The position numbers were made by a program, and so were the translations under genes. Below are positions 18,535 to 28,063 of a DNA stretch of 64,000 bases, one piece after another. Source of the DNA: Actinomycetota bacterium. Lineage in GTDB: Bacteria; Actinomycetota; Actinomycetes; S36-B12. Each line of letters starts with the position of its first letter. Positions within the stretch are counted from its first letter, which is position 1. The DNA lies in assembly GCA_005798555.1 (NCBI GenBank), contig SYJA01000024.1, positions 28,735 through 92,734 of the forward strand. The letters run 5' to 3'. The notes under the pieces are model-generated. The model did not search any database. It worked only from the letters and a program-made list of their open reading frames with translations, and was not told the DNA's origin.

Positions 18535-18580
18535 TTAGGCTGGCGACCATACTGCGACGAAGTCTAGGAGAGTCAAGAAG

Positions 18581-19765
18581 ATGGCTACGGCCCCAGACCC
18601 GAGTAACCCCATGCACCTTGCTGAGTTAAGTGCGCGCGCGGCGATATTCGTCGACGAGGTGCTGATTCCGCACGAAGTTACGGCTGAGCTGGCTGGCGGC
18701 CCGTTGCCCGCAGCAACGCAGCGTCAAATAGCGCAGCGGGCGCTCGAGCATGGTTTACATGGTGGGCTGCACTTGCAGGAGCATGGTGGCAATAGCTGGA
18801 CGACTACCGAGTGGTTTCTCGTGGAAGAGCAACTTGGTCACTCGACTAATGGGGTCTCTTGGTATATCCCGAATGCATACAACGTCTGGAAAGCCGGCAC
18901 GCCCGAGCAAATCGAACGCTGGCTTAAGCCGGCACTTCGAGGTGAACTGCACGACGCCTATGCGGTAACCGAGGCTGATGCTGGCAGTGACCCTTCGGGA
19001 ATTACCACAACCGCCATCAGGTCTGGTGCCGGCAGGTGGTTACTAAATGGCGAAAAGTGGTTCGTAACGTTTGGGTCCGTCGCCAAGGTCATAGTGGTGA
19101 TGGCGCTGGCAGATGATGGCGGTCAGTTGTTGCCTACCCTGTTCGCAGTTCCGGCCGACGCACCCGGTGTTGAGATGATTGCTGACGTTCCTTTCACCCA
19201 CAACTACCCCCATGGCCACCCCACCATGCGATTCACCGACGTTGAACTCACCGACGCCGACATCCTCGGCGGTCTCGGTAATGGTGAGAACCTGCAGCGG
19301 CTTTGGTTCACCGAGGAAAGACTCGGGATTGCCGCGCGCTGCATTGGTGCGATGCAGCGACTAATCGAGGAGTCAGTTGACTGGGCTGCAAACCGCGAAC
19401 AAGGCGGTGCCAGGCTCATCGATCATCAAGGGGTTAGCTTTCCGCTGGCCGACAGCGCAGCAGATGCGGCCGCCGGGCGCCTGCTCGGCTTGGAAGTAGC
19501 CCGGTTGGCTGATGCCGGTGCTGACCCCAAACTGGTGCACGGCAAAGCGTCACTGGCGAAACTCTTTTGCTCGGAAGCGGCCGGCCGGTGCGCCGACCGC
19601 GTGGTGCAGATCTTCGGCGGTCGCGGGTACATGCGCACCACGGCGGCCGAGAGATTCTGGCGCGAACTTAGAGTCGATCGAATCTGGGAGGGTACCTCTG
19701 AGATCCAGCGCCTCGTGGTCGCCCGCTCACTTGAGCGTCGTGGCGTTAAGTCAATGCTCACCTGA
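18581..19765 (+). CDS. Acyl-CoA dehydrogenase family flavoprotein
   Basis: 394 aa. ACAD fold blocks (AYAVTEADAGSDPSG…, …FGGRGYMR…IWEGTSEIQRLVVAR). Confidence 0.9.
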   Translation: MATAPDPSNPMHLAELSARAAIFVDEVLIPHEVTAELAGGPLPAATQRQIAQRALEHGLHGGLHLQEHGGNSWTTTEWFLVEEQLGHSTNGVSWYIPNAYNVWKAGTPEQIERWLKPALRGELHDAYAVTEADAGSDPSGITTTAIRSGAGRWLLNGEKWFVTFGSVAKVIVVMALADDGGQLLPTLFAVPADAPGVEMIADVPFTHNYPHGHPTMRFTDVELTDADILGGLGNGENLQRLWFTEERLGIAARCIGAMQRLIEESVDWAANREQGGARLIDHQGVSFPLADSAADAAAGRLLGLEVARLADAGADPKLVHGKASLAKLFCSEAAGRCADRVVQIFGGRGYMRTTAAERFWRELRVDRIWEGTSEIQRLVVARSLERRGVKSMLT

Positions 19766-19782
19766 TCGGATCTACCTCCAAT

Positions 19783-21801
19783 ATGGATATCTCACGGCTC
19801 ATTAACCCGTGCTCTATTGCCGTGGTTGGAGCGACCGATCGCCCCGGATCCTATGCGCACACCACCTTGCTTAACCTGATTCGAAATGGATATGCAGGAA
19901 CCGTTGTCGGTGTGCACCCAACTCGGCAAGAGGTACTCGGTTTTCGCTGCATACCTAGCCTTGCGGACCTAAGTGCGCCGGCAGCCGCGGTCGTGATCGC
20001 GACCCCGGCCGAATCGGTGCCGGGGTACCTCTTGCAGGCGCGCGAGCTGGGCTGCGGCGGCGCTGTGGTTTTTGCCGCCGGCTTCGCCGAAATCGGCAAT
20101 GACCTAGCCCAAGCAGATCTGATCTCGGCGGCCGGTGGCCTGCCGGTCATCGGTCCCAACGGCAACGGCCTGATATCCGTGCCAGCCAGAGCAGCGATGT
20201 GGGGGGATGCCGCCCAGCTACCAACCGAGGCAGGACCAATTGCCCTGATAACGCAGAGCGGCAATATCGGTGTCGTCCTGCTCGCCCATCGGCAAGGTCT
20301 CGGCCTGCACTCGATCTTCTCCGTTGGTAACTCCGCGGTGGTGGACACCGCGATGTTGATCGAGTCACTTGCCACCACCGATGGTGTCCGGGTCATCGGT
20401 GCCTACCTTGAAAGTGATGGCGAGGGGGCCAGGCTCGCCCGGGCACTTGCCAAGTGCGTACAAAACGATATTCGAGTGGTATTTCTAAAGGCCGGACGCA
20501 GCGAGCGCGGATTAATGGCCGGGGCGGCACACACGGCAGCGGTTGCCGGTGATCAAAGAGTTTTCGAGGCACTTATTGAAGAGGCCGGCGCAGTTCTTGT
20601 TCGAGAGCCGGTTGAACTGATCGAGACGGCACGCGCCCTAGCGATTGGTCGACGTGATGCACGCGGCGCGGCGGTTGTCACCTGCTCAGGCGGCGACGCC
20701 ACCCTCGCGGCGGACCTCGCCGATGACGCCGGGGCGATACTTGCCGACTTTGGCGCCCCGACGCTGGCGGCACTTGCCACCCTACTGCCCGAAACCGCGA
20801 CCGCGACCAATCCCCTCGACCACACTAATTTGGTCTGGGCCGACACCGAGGCCGTCACCGCAATCTGTGAAACTGTGGCCCTTGACCCGGGGGTTGGCCA
20901 TCTGATCTATGTGCAGGACCTACCGCCTGGGCTGCCCGCCGGCCCACGTGCCGAATGGGATGCCACCCGGGCCGGCGGGATTGCCGGCGGCGTGCGGGCA
21001 CAGCTTTCGACGATGCTGGCCAGTTCGATGCCCGGGCAGGAGCCGGATGATGCGGTCGGTGGGCTGGTCTCGGCGATGAAAGCGGTAGCCGCCCTCCAAC
21101 TGCCCGCACCAGATCCTGCGCGGCTACTGCGAATTTCCGAGTGCGCCAACCGGGCACCGGCCAAGGTGGGCAATCAGTACCTCGCCGAGCACTCGGCAAA
21201 GGAGCTACTCAGCGCCGCCGGGATCGCAGTTCCGAAAGCCAAAGTTGTTAGGGGTTCTGCGGCAGCAGCAGCGGCCGCCGTCGAAATTGGTTTCCCGGTT
21301 GCCGTGAAGCTGAGCGCACCCGGGCTCCTCCACAAAAGCGACATCGGCGCTCTGGCCCTTGGCTTGACCGACCCGGCGGCCGTTCACCAGGCGAGCGAAA
21401 AGATGCTGCAAATTGCGGCCCTCCCCGACGATCCCGAATTGTTAGTTGAGGCCATGGTCGACCCCGGTATCGAAATCTTCGTTGCCGCCCATCGCCTCGG
21501 CATCGTGCCCTGTGTTGTCGTTGGGCTAGGTGGGCTCTGGGCCGAGATTATGAATGACGTCGCGGTTATCCCGTTACCCACCGATAGCAATCGGATAGTT
21601 CGCGAAATTGGCCGACTTCGTGGTGCCGTACTGCTCACCGGCGGTCGCGGTCAACAGGGCCCTGCAATCCACGACTTGGCCCAACTCGTGGTCAAAACCG
21701 GAAATCTATTAATGGATGAGCACTGGGCGATGATCGAACTCAATCCCGTCATAGTTACTAACTCAACCGCAATAGCGGTCGATGCCGTTTTTTGCACCTA
21801 G
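19783..21801 (+). CDS. ADP-forming acyl-CoA synthetase (fused CoA-binding, ligase-CoA and ATP-grasp domains; acetate--CoA ligase family)
   Basis: N-terminal CoA-binding block SIAVVGATDRPGSY. Succinyl-CoA-synthetase-like middle domain. C-terminal ATP-grasp (…FPVAVKLSAPGLLHKSDIGALALGL…). 672 aa. Confidence 0.85.
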   Translation: MDISRLINPCSIAVVGATDRPGSYAHTTLLNLIRNGYAGTVVGVHPTRQEVLGFRCIPSLADLSAPAAAVVIATPAESVPGYLLQARELGCGGAVVFAAGFAEIGNDLAQADLISAAGGLPVIGPNGNGLISVPARAAMWGDAAQLPTEAGPIALITQSGNIGVVLLAHRQGLGLHSIFSVGNSAVVDTAMLIESLATTDGVRVIGAYLESDGEGARLARALAKCVQNDIRVVFLKAGRSERGLMAGAAHTAAVAGDQRVFEALIEEAGAVLVREPVELIETARALAIGRRDARGAAVVTCSGGDATLAADLADDAGAILADFGAPTLAALATLLPETATATNPLDHTNLVWADTEAVTAICETVALDPGVGHLIYVQDLPPGLPAGPRAEWDATRAGGIAGGVRAQLSTMLASSMPGQEPDDAVGGLVSAMKAVAALQLPAPDPARLLRISECANRAPAKVGNQYLAEHSAKELLSAAGIAVPKAKVVRGSAAAAAAAVEIGFPVAVKLSAPGLLHKSDIGALALGLTDPAAVHQASEKMLQIAALPDDPELLVEAMVDPGIEIFVAAHRLGIVPCVVVGLGGLWAEIMNDVAVIPLPTDSNRIVREIGRLRGAVLLTGGRGQQGPAIHDLAQLVVKTGNLLMDEHWAMIELNPVIVTNSTAIAVDAVFCT

Positions 21802-23083
21802 TAACCCGGCCCGCCAACTGGACGGTAATTCCCACATTGCCTATGCTTTCAGGGTGAACAATCCAAAAACGTCTGCTCCATTAGACCCGGCTGCCTTAGC
21901 TCAGTCACTAGCGCCATTTGGCGAAAGCCGAATGCTCCCGCCGGAGGCCTACACCTCCCCGGAGGTTTTCGCCTGGGAGAGCGCCAACTTTTTTTCCGGC
22001 TGGCACTGCATTGGACGCAGTGCAGACATTGCCGCCGCTGGCATGCAACGAGCTGACAAAGTAGGTGATACCACCGTGCTGCTTGTTCGCGGCGAGGATC
22101 TGGTCCTGCGTGCGTTTGCCAATGTCTGCCGCCACCGCGGCCACGAGATTCTTCCGTGCGGTGGGTCCACTACGGCTCGGGCAATAACTTGCCCGTACCA
22201 CTCATGGTCCTATCGGCTGGACGGGGATCTTTTCAGCGCAGCCGGCTACCAAGGTGAGTCGAATTTCGATGTTTCCGAATTTCCGCTCAGGGCACTTTGC
22301 GTGCAGGAGTGGCACGGGTGGATCTTCCTCGATCCATCAGGGTCCGCCGGCCCCCTAGGGATGCACCTTGCGGGATTAGAGGAGCGCATCGGCCAATATC
22401 AACCCGAACGACTAGTTGTGATGGCCTCCCACGAGTACGTAATCGAGGCCAACTGGAAGATCATCAATGAGAACTATCAGGAGTGCTACCACTGCACTTC
22501 TATTCATCCCGAACTCTGCCAGGTCAGCCCACCCGAAAGCGGTGAGAATTGGGCTTCGACCCTTGGTTCGTGGGTTGGGGGATGGCAAGACCTCCGTGAT
22601 CACGCTATGACGATGTCACTCGACGGTCACAGCGATGGAGTCCCGATACCGAACCTGTCACCGAGCGAACTTCGGCGCATTGACTACATCGGAGTTTTCC
22701 CGAACCTGCTGGTCAGCCTGCACCCGGATTACCTAATGACGCACCGCGCAATTCCTCTCTCGCCCAATCGCACTTGGGTCGAATGCTCCTGGGCTTTCCC
22801 CCCGGAGGCAATTGCTTCACCAACATTTGATCCCGCCTACGCGGTTGACTTCTGGGATATCACCAACCGCGAGGACTGGACCGCCTGCGAATCCGTCCAG
22901 CGCGGGCTGGAGTCTGGGTTTGCCAAAGCCGGGCCGCTATCACCCGCCGAGGACGCCATCTATCAATTTGTCACGATGGTTGCCCGCGGCTACCTCGGAC
23001 AACCGCTATCGCCCCTGAGTACCTCGGCACCCATTAACGCGGCCAATTCAGACGCTGCGCAAAGTCGGAAAGTGGAACATTGA
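21782..23083 (+). CDS. Rieske [2Fe-2S] non-heme-iron oxygenase, alpha-subunit type
   Basis: Rieske motif CRHRGHEI…CPYHSWSY. Catalytic-domain block NENYQECYHCTSIHPELC. ATG 21782 overlaps the upstream gene by 20 nt, and GTG 21854 is an alternative start. Confidence 0.85.
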   Translation: MPFFAPSNPARQLDGNSHIAYAFRVNNPKTSAPLDPAALAQSLAPFGESRMLPPEAYTSPEVFAWESANFFSGWHCIGRSADIAAAGMQRADKVGDTTVLLVRGEDLVLRAFANVCRHRGHEILPCGGSTTARAITCPYHSWSYRLDGDLFSAAGYQGESNFDVSEFPLRALCVQEWHGWIFLDPSGSAGPLGMHLAGLEERIGQYQPERLVVMASHEYVIEANWKIINENYQECYHCTSIHPELCQVSPPESGENWASTLGSWVGGWQDLRDHAMTMSLDGHSDGVPIPNLSPSELRRIDYIGVFPNLLVSLHPDYLMTHRAIPLSPNRTWVECSWAFPPEAIASPTFDPAYAVDFWDITNREDWTACESVQRGLESGFAKAGPLSPAEDAIYQFVTMVARGYLGQPLSPLSTSAPINAANSDAAQSRKVEH

Positions 23084-23424
23084 TAACTGCCCCGTTCATC
23101 CAAGCAGCGAATGAAGTCGCAGACCTTGAGGACTGGGGGCCGCTAGCCGAAGCCACCGGTGCCCCAATGCAAACCTCCGGGCACACGATGTGGTCTGATG
23201 AAAATAACTGTGAAGCCGGGATCTGGGAGTGCACCGCAGGCCCGTCCTACTGGAGTTTGGAACAAAACGAATTTGTGCACATTTTGTCCGGCAGCATGAC
23301 GGTGACCCCTGATGAAGGCGAAAGGTTCTTCGCAGGTCCCGGCTTCACCTTCTTGGTACCCGTCGGCTGGAAGGGCACCTGGGAGATCCACGAGACCATC
23401 CGAAAGTTGTATGTCCTGTTCTAA
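23080..23424 (+). CDS. Small cupin protein (DUF861/EutQ-like)
   Basis: 114 aa. The TTG start overlaps the Rieske stop (cATTGA). Cupin strand pattern …EFVHILSGSMTVTPDEGE…GFTFLVPVGWKGTWEI. Confidence 0.65.
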   Translation: MITAPFIQAANEVADLEDWGPLAEATGAPMQTSGHTMWSDENNCEAGIWECTAGPSYWSLEQNEFVHILSGSMTVTPDEGERFFAGPGFTFLVPVGWKGTWEIHETIRKLYVLF

Positions 23425-23460
23425 TTATCTGATAGCAGTTGTCAGCCTGCCGCACAGTTC

Positions 23461-23478
23461 AGACCCTTGGCAGGGTCT
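23461..23478. terminator. Short stem-loop AGACCCT-TGGC-AGGGTCT between convergent operons
   Basis: 7-bp perfect stem with a 4-nt loop, located in the 64-bp convergent gap 23425-23488. Confidence 0.35.
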
Positions 23479-23488
23479 AAGCGGTCGG

Positions 23489-25075
23489 TTAGCGCAGATC
23501 CGTAAGCACCTGTTGACTGGCTAACCGGCCCGGTGCGCCGATCACGCAGCCACCCGGGTGGGTGCCGGAACCACACTGGTAGTAACCGCGAATTGGCGTG
23601 CGGTAGTCGCTGTAGCCGGGTGCCGGCCGGAAGAAGTACATCTGATGCGGGAAAAACTCGCCCGCGTAGATATTGCCCTCCGACAGGCCCGTCTTGGCTT
23701 CGATAATGTCGGGAGAGACGATTTCGCGCTGCAACACCAGATCGTTGAAGTTGGGGAAGAAACTTTGGATTGTTGCCTGTACCCGATCGGCCATGCTCTC
23801 CCGCTCCGCCTGCCAAGTGCTGCCCTTGAGCTCATAGGGGGTGTACATCACGTAGCAAGACATCACATGCTTGCCGGGAGGTGCCATATCAGGATCTATT
23901 AGAGATTGAATGCACGCATCCATGTATGGGCGTTCGGAGTACCAGCCATACTTCGCTGCGTCGTAGGCACGCTCCATGTATTCGACGGTCGGCGCCATGT
24001 TGATGAACCCGTGATACTGATCAGTGCGGCCACTGAGCGTGGGGTACTCCGGCAGTCCATCCAGGGCGAAGTTCACTTTTGATGAGACTCCTTGGAAGCG
24101 GAATCGCTTTATAGTTTCCACCAGATCAGCGGGTAGCTCGCGCGGATCGGCGATCTCCAGGAAGGTGCGCCGCGGATCCAGGGAACTCACAACGATCGGT
24201 GCCCGAAATTCAGTGCCGTCGCGCAGGGCAACGCCCTTCACCTCGCCCTTATCGGTAATGAGTTGATCAACGTGCGAGTCCAGCCTAATCTCCGCTCCGT
24301 ACGCCGTAGCTGCTCGGGCCAGCACCTGCGTGAAGCCGCCATTGCCGCCCTTGTGGAAGGACCAGGATCCGCCGAGACCGTCGTGCTCGCCCATTGACAG
24401 ATACAGCCAGTTCATGCCGCTGCCCGGTGACATTGGGCCCAATTTGATTCCCACACAAGCCGCCGAGCAGATCGTGGCCTTGATGATGTCGGACTCAAGG
24501 TAGTCATCGCAGAAGTCCGCGATGCTTCCGGTCAACAGGCGCACCGCGTCGTGGATGACTTTCTTGTCACCGGTGCCTAGATGCTTGAGCAGCCACGCCA
24601 TCCTTTCGACGTCGGCCGGATCATCGCTGAACAGGTTAGGCGGAATCGAGTCAAACAGAGGCCGGATGAACTGGCGCACGCGTGCGGTGTCATGCTCAAA
24701 GCGCTCCATGCCATCAACATCGGCTTTTGAGTGTCGCGCTATTTCCCGGCGATTCAGTCCGGAATCAGGTCCAAGCAAGAAATAATCGCCGTTTTCCATC
24801 GGGGCTAAATGTGAGCGCATCAACAGGGGCATGAATCCATAACGCACTAGATCGAGTTCCTGAATAATCTCGGGGCGCAATAGGCTGAGGGCATAGGAGA
24901 AAGTCGTGAACGAGAAGCCAGGCCGCAGTTCCTCGGTGATCGCGGCACCACCCACTAAGTGTCGCTGTTCAAGGACCAAAACCTTTTTGCCGGCCTTGGC
25001 AAGGTAGGCCGCATTGGTCAGGCCATTGTGGCCGCCGCCGATGACGATAGCGTCATAGTTAAAGGTGTCCGACAT
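23489..25075 (-). CDS. NAD(P)/FAD-dependent oxidoreductase of the phytoene-desaturase (CrtI-like) family
   Basis: N-terminal YDAIVIGGGHNGL…VLVLEQRHLVGGA dinucleotide fold. C-terminal …YYQCGSGTHPGGCVIGAPG. Start set at ATG 25075 (MSDTFNYD), 1 nt after the stop of the upstream GcvT-like gene. Confidence 0.8.
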   Translation of the reverse strand: MSDTFNYDAIVIGGGHNGLTNAAYLAKAGKKVLVLEQRHLVGGAAITEELRPGFSFTTFSYALSLLRPEIIQELDLVRYGFMPLLMRSHLAPMENGDYFLLGPDSGLNRREIARHSKADVDGMERFEHDTARVRQFIRPLFDSIPPNLFSDDPADVERMAWLLKHLGTGDKKVIHDAVRLLTGSIADFCDDYLESDIIKATICSAACVGIKLGPMSPGSGMNWLYLSMGEHDGLGGSWSFHKGGNGGFTQVLARAATAYGAEIRLDSHVDQLITDKGEVKGVALRDGTEFRAPIVVSSLDPRRTFLEIADPRELPADLVETIKRFRFQGVSSKVNFALDGLPEYPTLSGRTDQYHGFINMAPTVEYMERAYDAAKYGWYSERPYMDACIQSLIDPDMAPPGKHVMSCYVMYTPYELKGSTWQAERESMADRVQATIQSFFPNFNDLVLQREIVSPDIIEAKTGLSEGNIYAGEFFPHQMYFFRPAPGYSDYRTPIRGYYQCGSGTHPGGCVIGAPGRLASQQVLTDLR

Positions 25076-25076
25076 G

Positions 25077-26276
25077 TCAGGCGGTCTTCCTCTCGGGGTT
25101 GTAAAAAGGCATGGTGGTGACGGTGGCACGTACGTTTATGTACTCGTGGTTCACGGTTTGCTCAAGGTAGATGTCGGTGCCCGGTTCGGCGTACTTTGGC
25201 TTGACGCGAGCAATGCCGATATGGCGCTGGAGCACAGGTGAATACATGAAACTGGTGGCATAGCCAATACGTTGGTCGTCAGCGCTGTAGAGCATGGACT
25301 CCCACGCCACGGGTAGTTCATCGGGGACCGCAAGGTGGCCACGTGAATCGAAGAGCTCGTAGAAGTCACTCCAGGCCACGGTGATGCCGACCGTGCGCCA
25401 TCGGGAGGAGCCATCGACCCGTTCACGCAATATCGCCTCGCGGCCAATGAACGGTCGACTGTCATCCTCAATGCCTTTGAGGAGCCAGCCGAGGCCTAAC
25501 TCATCGGGTGTGAAGCGATCCTCTGCGGTCCAGGCGTAACGACTGGAGTTGAATTCCACGCCAATGAGCGGCAAGCCCGCCTCAATGCGGGTCATACCAA
25601 GTGCTTCATCGCCGTATGGGCGAATTCCATGCGGCTGCCCGGCCTCAAGAATGGCATCAAGGACTCGCAGTGCATCAGCGGCGGGAATCATCACCTCATA
25701 GCCGAGATCACCACTGAACCCGGTGCGGCTAATTATCACCGGGGTGTTGGCAATTTTCGTTTCAGTAAATCCGAAGTAACGAAGGCCCAAGATATCTGCA
25801 GTTAGAAGTTCGAGGATGTCACGCGACCGTGGCCCTTGGAGTGCCAGTGACGCGTAATCCTCAGTCGCATCGACGATCTCGACGTCGTACAGGCTACTTA
25901 AATTGCTCAAGAAGCCGAAGTTGGGCTCCGCAGCCGTGAGCATGAATTCATCGGCCGAGAAACGAAATAGCACGCCGTCTTCCATGACGAACCCTGCATC
26001 ATCGCACCAGATCGTGTACTGAGCGCGCCCAGGTTTTAGGGTGCGGACATCGCGCGCAAAAACAAAGGAGCACAAAAGCTCAGCATCGCGTCCACGAATC
26101 CAGTATTTGTGAAGCGGCGACGTGTCGAAGAAGCCAGCAGCATTGCGAACGCCAAAGTACTCATGCTTACTCGATAGGTCATATCGAATGGCCGACAGGT
26201 AGCCGGACCAATTGCCCCACATCTGGCATTGGCTCAACTCCGCCAAGCGCGGGTGGAAGGGTGTCGTGCGGATCAT
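25077..26276 (-). CDS. Aminomethyltransferase (GcvT/DmdA-like, folate-binding) family protein
   Basis: 399 aa. GcvT-family blocks (…HEYFGVRNAAGFFDTSPLHKYWIRGRDA…, …ISRTGFSGDLGYEV…). Confidence 0.85.
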   Translation of the reverse strand: MIRTTPFHPRLAELSQCQMWGNWSGYLSAIRYDLSSKHEYFGVRNAAGFFDTSPLHKYWIRGRDAELLCSFVFARDVRTLKPGRAQYTIWCDDAGFVMEDGVLFRFSADEFMLTAAEPNFGFLSNLSSLYDVEIVDATEDYASLALQGPRSRDILELLTADILGLRYFGFTETKIANTPVIISRTGFSGDLGYEVMIPAADALRVLDAILEAGQPHGIRPYGDEALGMTRIEAGLPLIGVEFNSSRYAWTAEDRFTPDELGLGWLLKGIEDDSRPFIGREAILRERVDGSSRWRTVGITVAWSDFYELFDSRGHLAVPDELPVAWESMLYSADDQRIGYATSFMYSPVLQRHIGIARVKPKYAEPGTDIYLEQTVNHEYINVRATVTTMPFYNPERKTA

Positions 26277-26352
26277 CGCTCTCCTTTACTTAGCCGATGG
26301 CTCACCCTAGGGGCTTATTGGACATTTGCGCAATAGCCTCTATCGTATCCGC

Positions 26353-26988
26353 ATGGCCCGGATGACCCCTGATGACCGGCGTGAGGCAATCATCGCCGCC
26401 ACCTTGGCGGTTATGCAGCGCCAGGGCATTGCCGCAACCACTGTCCGCGATGTGGCGGCGGAACTTGGCGCCTCCAGCGGCCTAATCCACCACTACATGG
26501 CCTCGATGGACGAGCTCATCGCCGAAGCCTTCGGGCGGGCGGCCGGTGCTGACCTGCTGGCGACCCGTGCCTTAGTCGAGCAAGGCCAAGATCCACTGGA
26601 ACAATTACGCTTCTTCTTCGACTCCTATACCCGCGCTGACGGGGATTCTGGGATGCAGCTGTGGCTCGATGCGTGGGCCGAAGCCGCTCGACGCCCCGAG
26701 CTTAGGCAAATCTCGCAACTACTAAACCAAGAATGGCAACAACTCATCTGCGGCATCATTGATGGGGGTGTGCGCGCCGGCGTAATGAACTGCGCCGATC
26801 CAGCGGCCGCTGCCTGGCGCATCCTGTCGCTACTGGATGGGCTTCACTTACAGGAGGTGGCGCATGGTGACAGCGTCACCGGGCACCAAGTTACCAAATG
26901 GTCACGCCACGGTGCCGAGATTGAACTTGGCTTGGACCCCGGCACCCTGACTAACTCCTCACAAGGCAATCGTCTAGCGCGGGCCTAG
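26353..26988 (+). CDS. TetR-family regulator (BetI-like context)
   Basis: HTH IIAATLAVMQRQGIAATTVRDVAAELGASSGLIHHY. Divergent from the GcvT-like operon. Start set at ATG 26353 (MARMTPDD). Confidence 0.85.
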   Translation: MARMTPDDRREAIIAATLAVMQRQGIAATTVRDVAAELGASSGLIHHYMASMDELIAEAFGRAAGADLLATRALVEQGQDPLEQLRFFFDSYTRADGDSGMQLWLDAWAEAARRPELRQISQLLNQEWQQLICGIIDGGVRAGVMNCADPAAAAWRILSLLDGLHLQEVAHGDSVTGHQVTKWSRHGAEIELGLDPGTLTNSSQGNRLARA

Positions 26989-26996
26989 TCCACGCA

Positions 26997-27902
26997 CTAG
27001 GTATTCGATGCCGCATAGATACTGGCGATTGCAGCATCAAGAGCCGAGTTGAACTCCGCATCGGTCTGCTGCGCCGACAGACCTTCGGTCAGAGCCCGCG
27101 AGAAACTAGCGGTCATACCGTGATTGCGAGCCAAGCGCGCATTAGCATCAGCACGCGAGTAGCCGCCAGAAAGTGCAACCACGCGGAGAACCCGTGGGTG
27201 CTCGATTAAGTCAAGGTAGAAGTCGTCCCGCTCCGGCAACGTGAGCTTTAGCATGATGTGCTGATCTGCACTTAAGTGATCAAGTGCGGCCATAATTGCT
27301 GGCTTCAATAGGGCTTCCGCGGCCGCCTTCTGCGCACTATTGATGTCCACCTCGGGCTCAATGATCGGGACCAGACCAGCGCCAAGAATCTGGCGGCCAA
27401 CCTCGAACTGCTGGCCCACGACCGCATCGACACCGGTCGGATTTGCTAACTTGATAACCGAACGCATCTTGGTGCCAAATATGCCGTGGGAGTTCGCCCG
27501 CGCCAACAAGTCAGCCAGGTCGGGCATTGGCTTCATCAGCTGAGCGCCATCGACCTCATCTGCCAGACCCTTATCGACTTTCAGGAAAGGCACGATGTGC
27601 TTTTGATTCCACAGATACTCCGCGGTGCCAATGCCATCAATCTGACGATCCATCGTCATCTCAAATAAAATTGCACCGAGGATGCGATCACCGGTGAAAG
27701 CCGGGCTAGTGATGATCCGAGCGCGCATCTGATGAATCAGGTCGAACATCTCGCCTTCACCCGAATATGCGCTCTCTGCAACGCCGTAGAGCATCAAGGC
27801 CTTTGCGGTACTGCCGCCGCTTTGATCGAGTGCCGCGATGAAGCCATCGGCGTTCTTCATCTTGTCGAACTGTTCGATGTTCGCGCTGCCCATGCTGTTC
27901 AC
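26997..27902 (-). CDS. Class I fructose-bisphosphate aldolase
   Basis: 301 aa. [16 protein letters not shown] and PFLKVDKG (Schiff-base Lys region) blocks are typical of bacterial class I FBA. Confidence 0.8.
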   Translation of the reverse strand: MNSMGSANIEQFDKMKNADGFIAALDQSGGSTAKALMLYGVAESAYSGEGEMFDLIHQMRARIITSPAFTGDRILGAILFEMTMDRQIDGIGTAEYLWNQKHIVPFLKVDKGLADEVDGAQLMKPMPDLADLLARANSHGIFGTKMRSVIKLANPTGVDAVVGQQFEVGRQILGAGLVPIIEPEVDINSAQKAAAEALLKPAIMAALDHLSADQHIMLKLTLPERDDFYLDLIEHPRVLRVVALSGGYSRADANARLARNHGMTASFSRALTEGLSAQQTDAEFNSALDAAIASIYAASNT

Positions 27903-28063
27903 GATGCATCCCCTCGTCGCAGGTGGTCACCCTCAATTTAGTGCCGGGCCCCTATTCCATTCTGGTGCATGGACTTTTGTGATGCATCGGCCGGTGGCCG
28001 GTGACCGCCTTGCCATTTAGGCGCTTTTCACTTAACCTTCGACCCGATCCTAGGGGAGATTTC

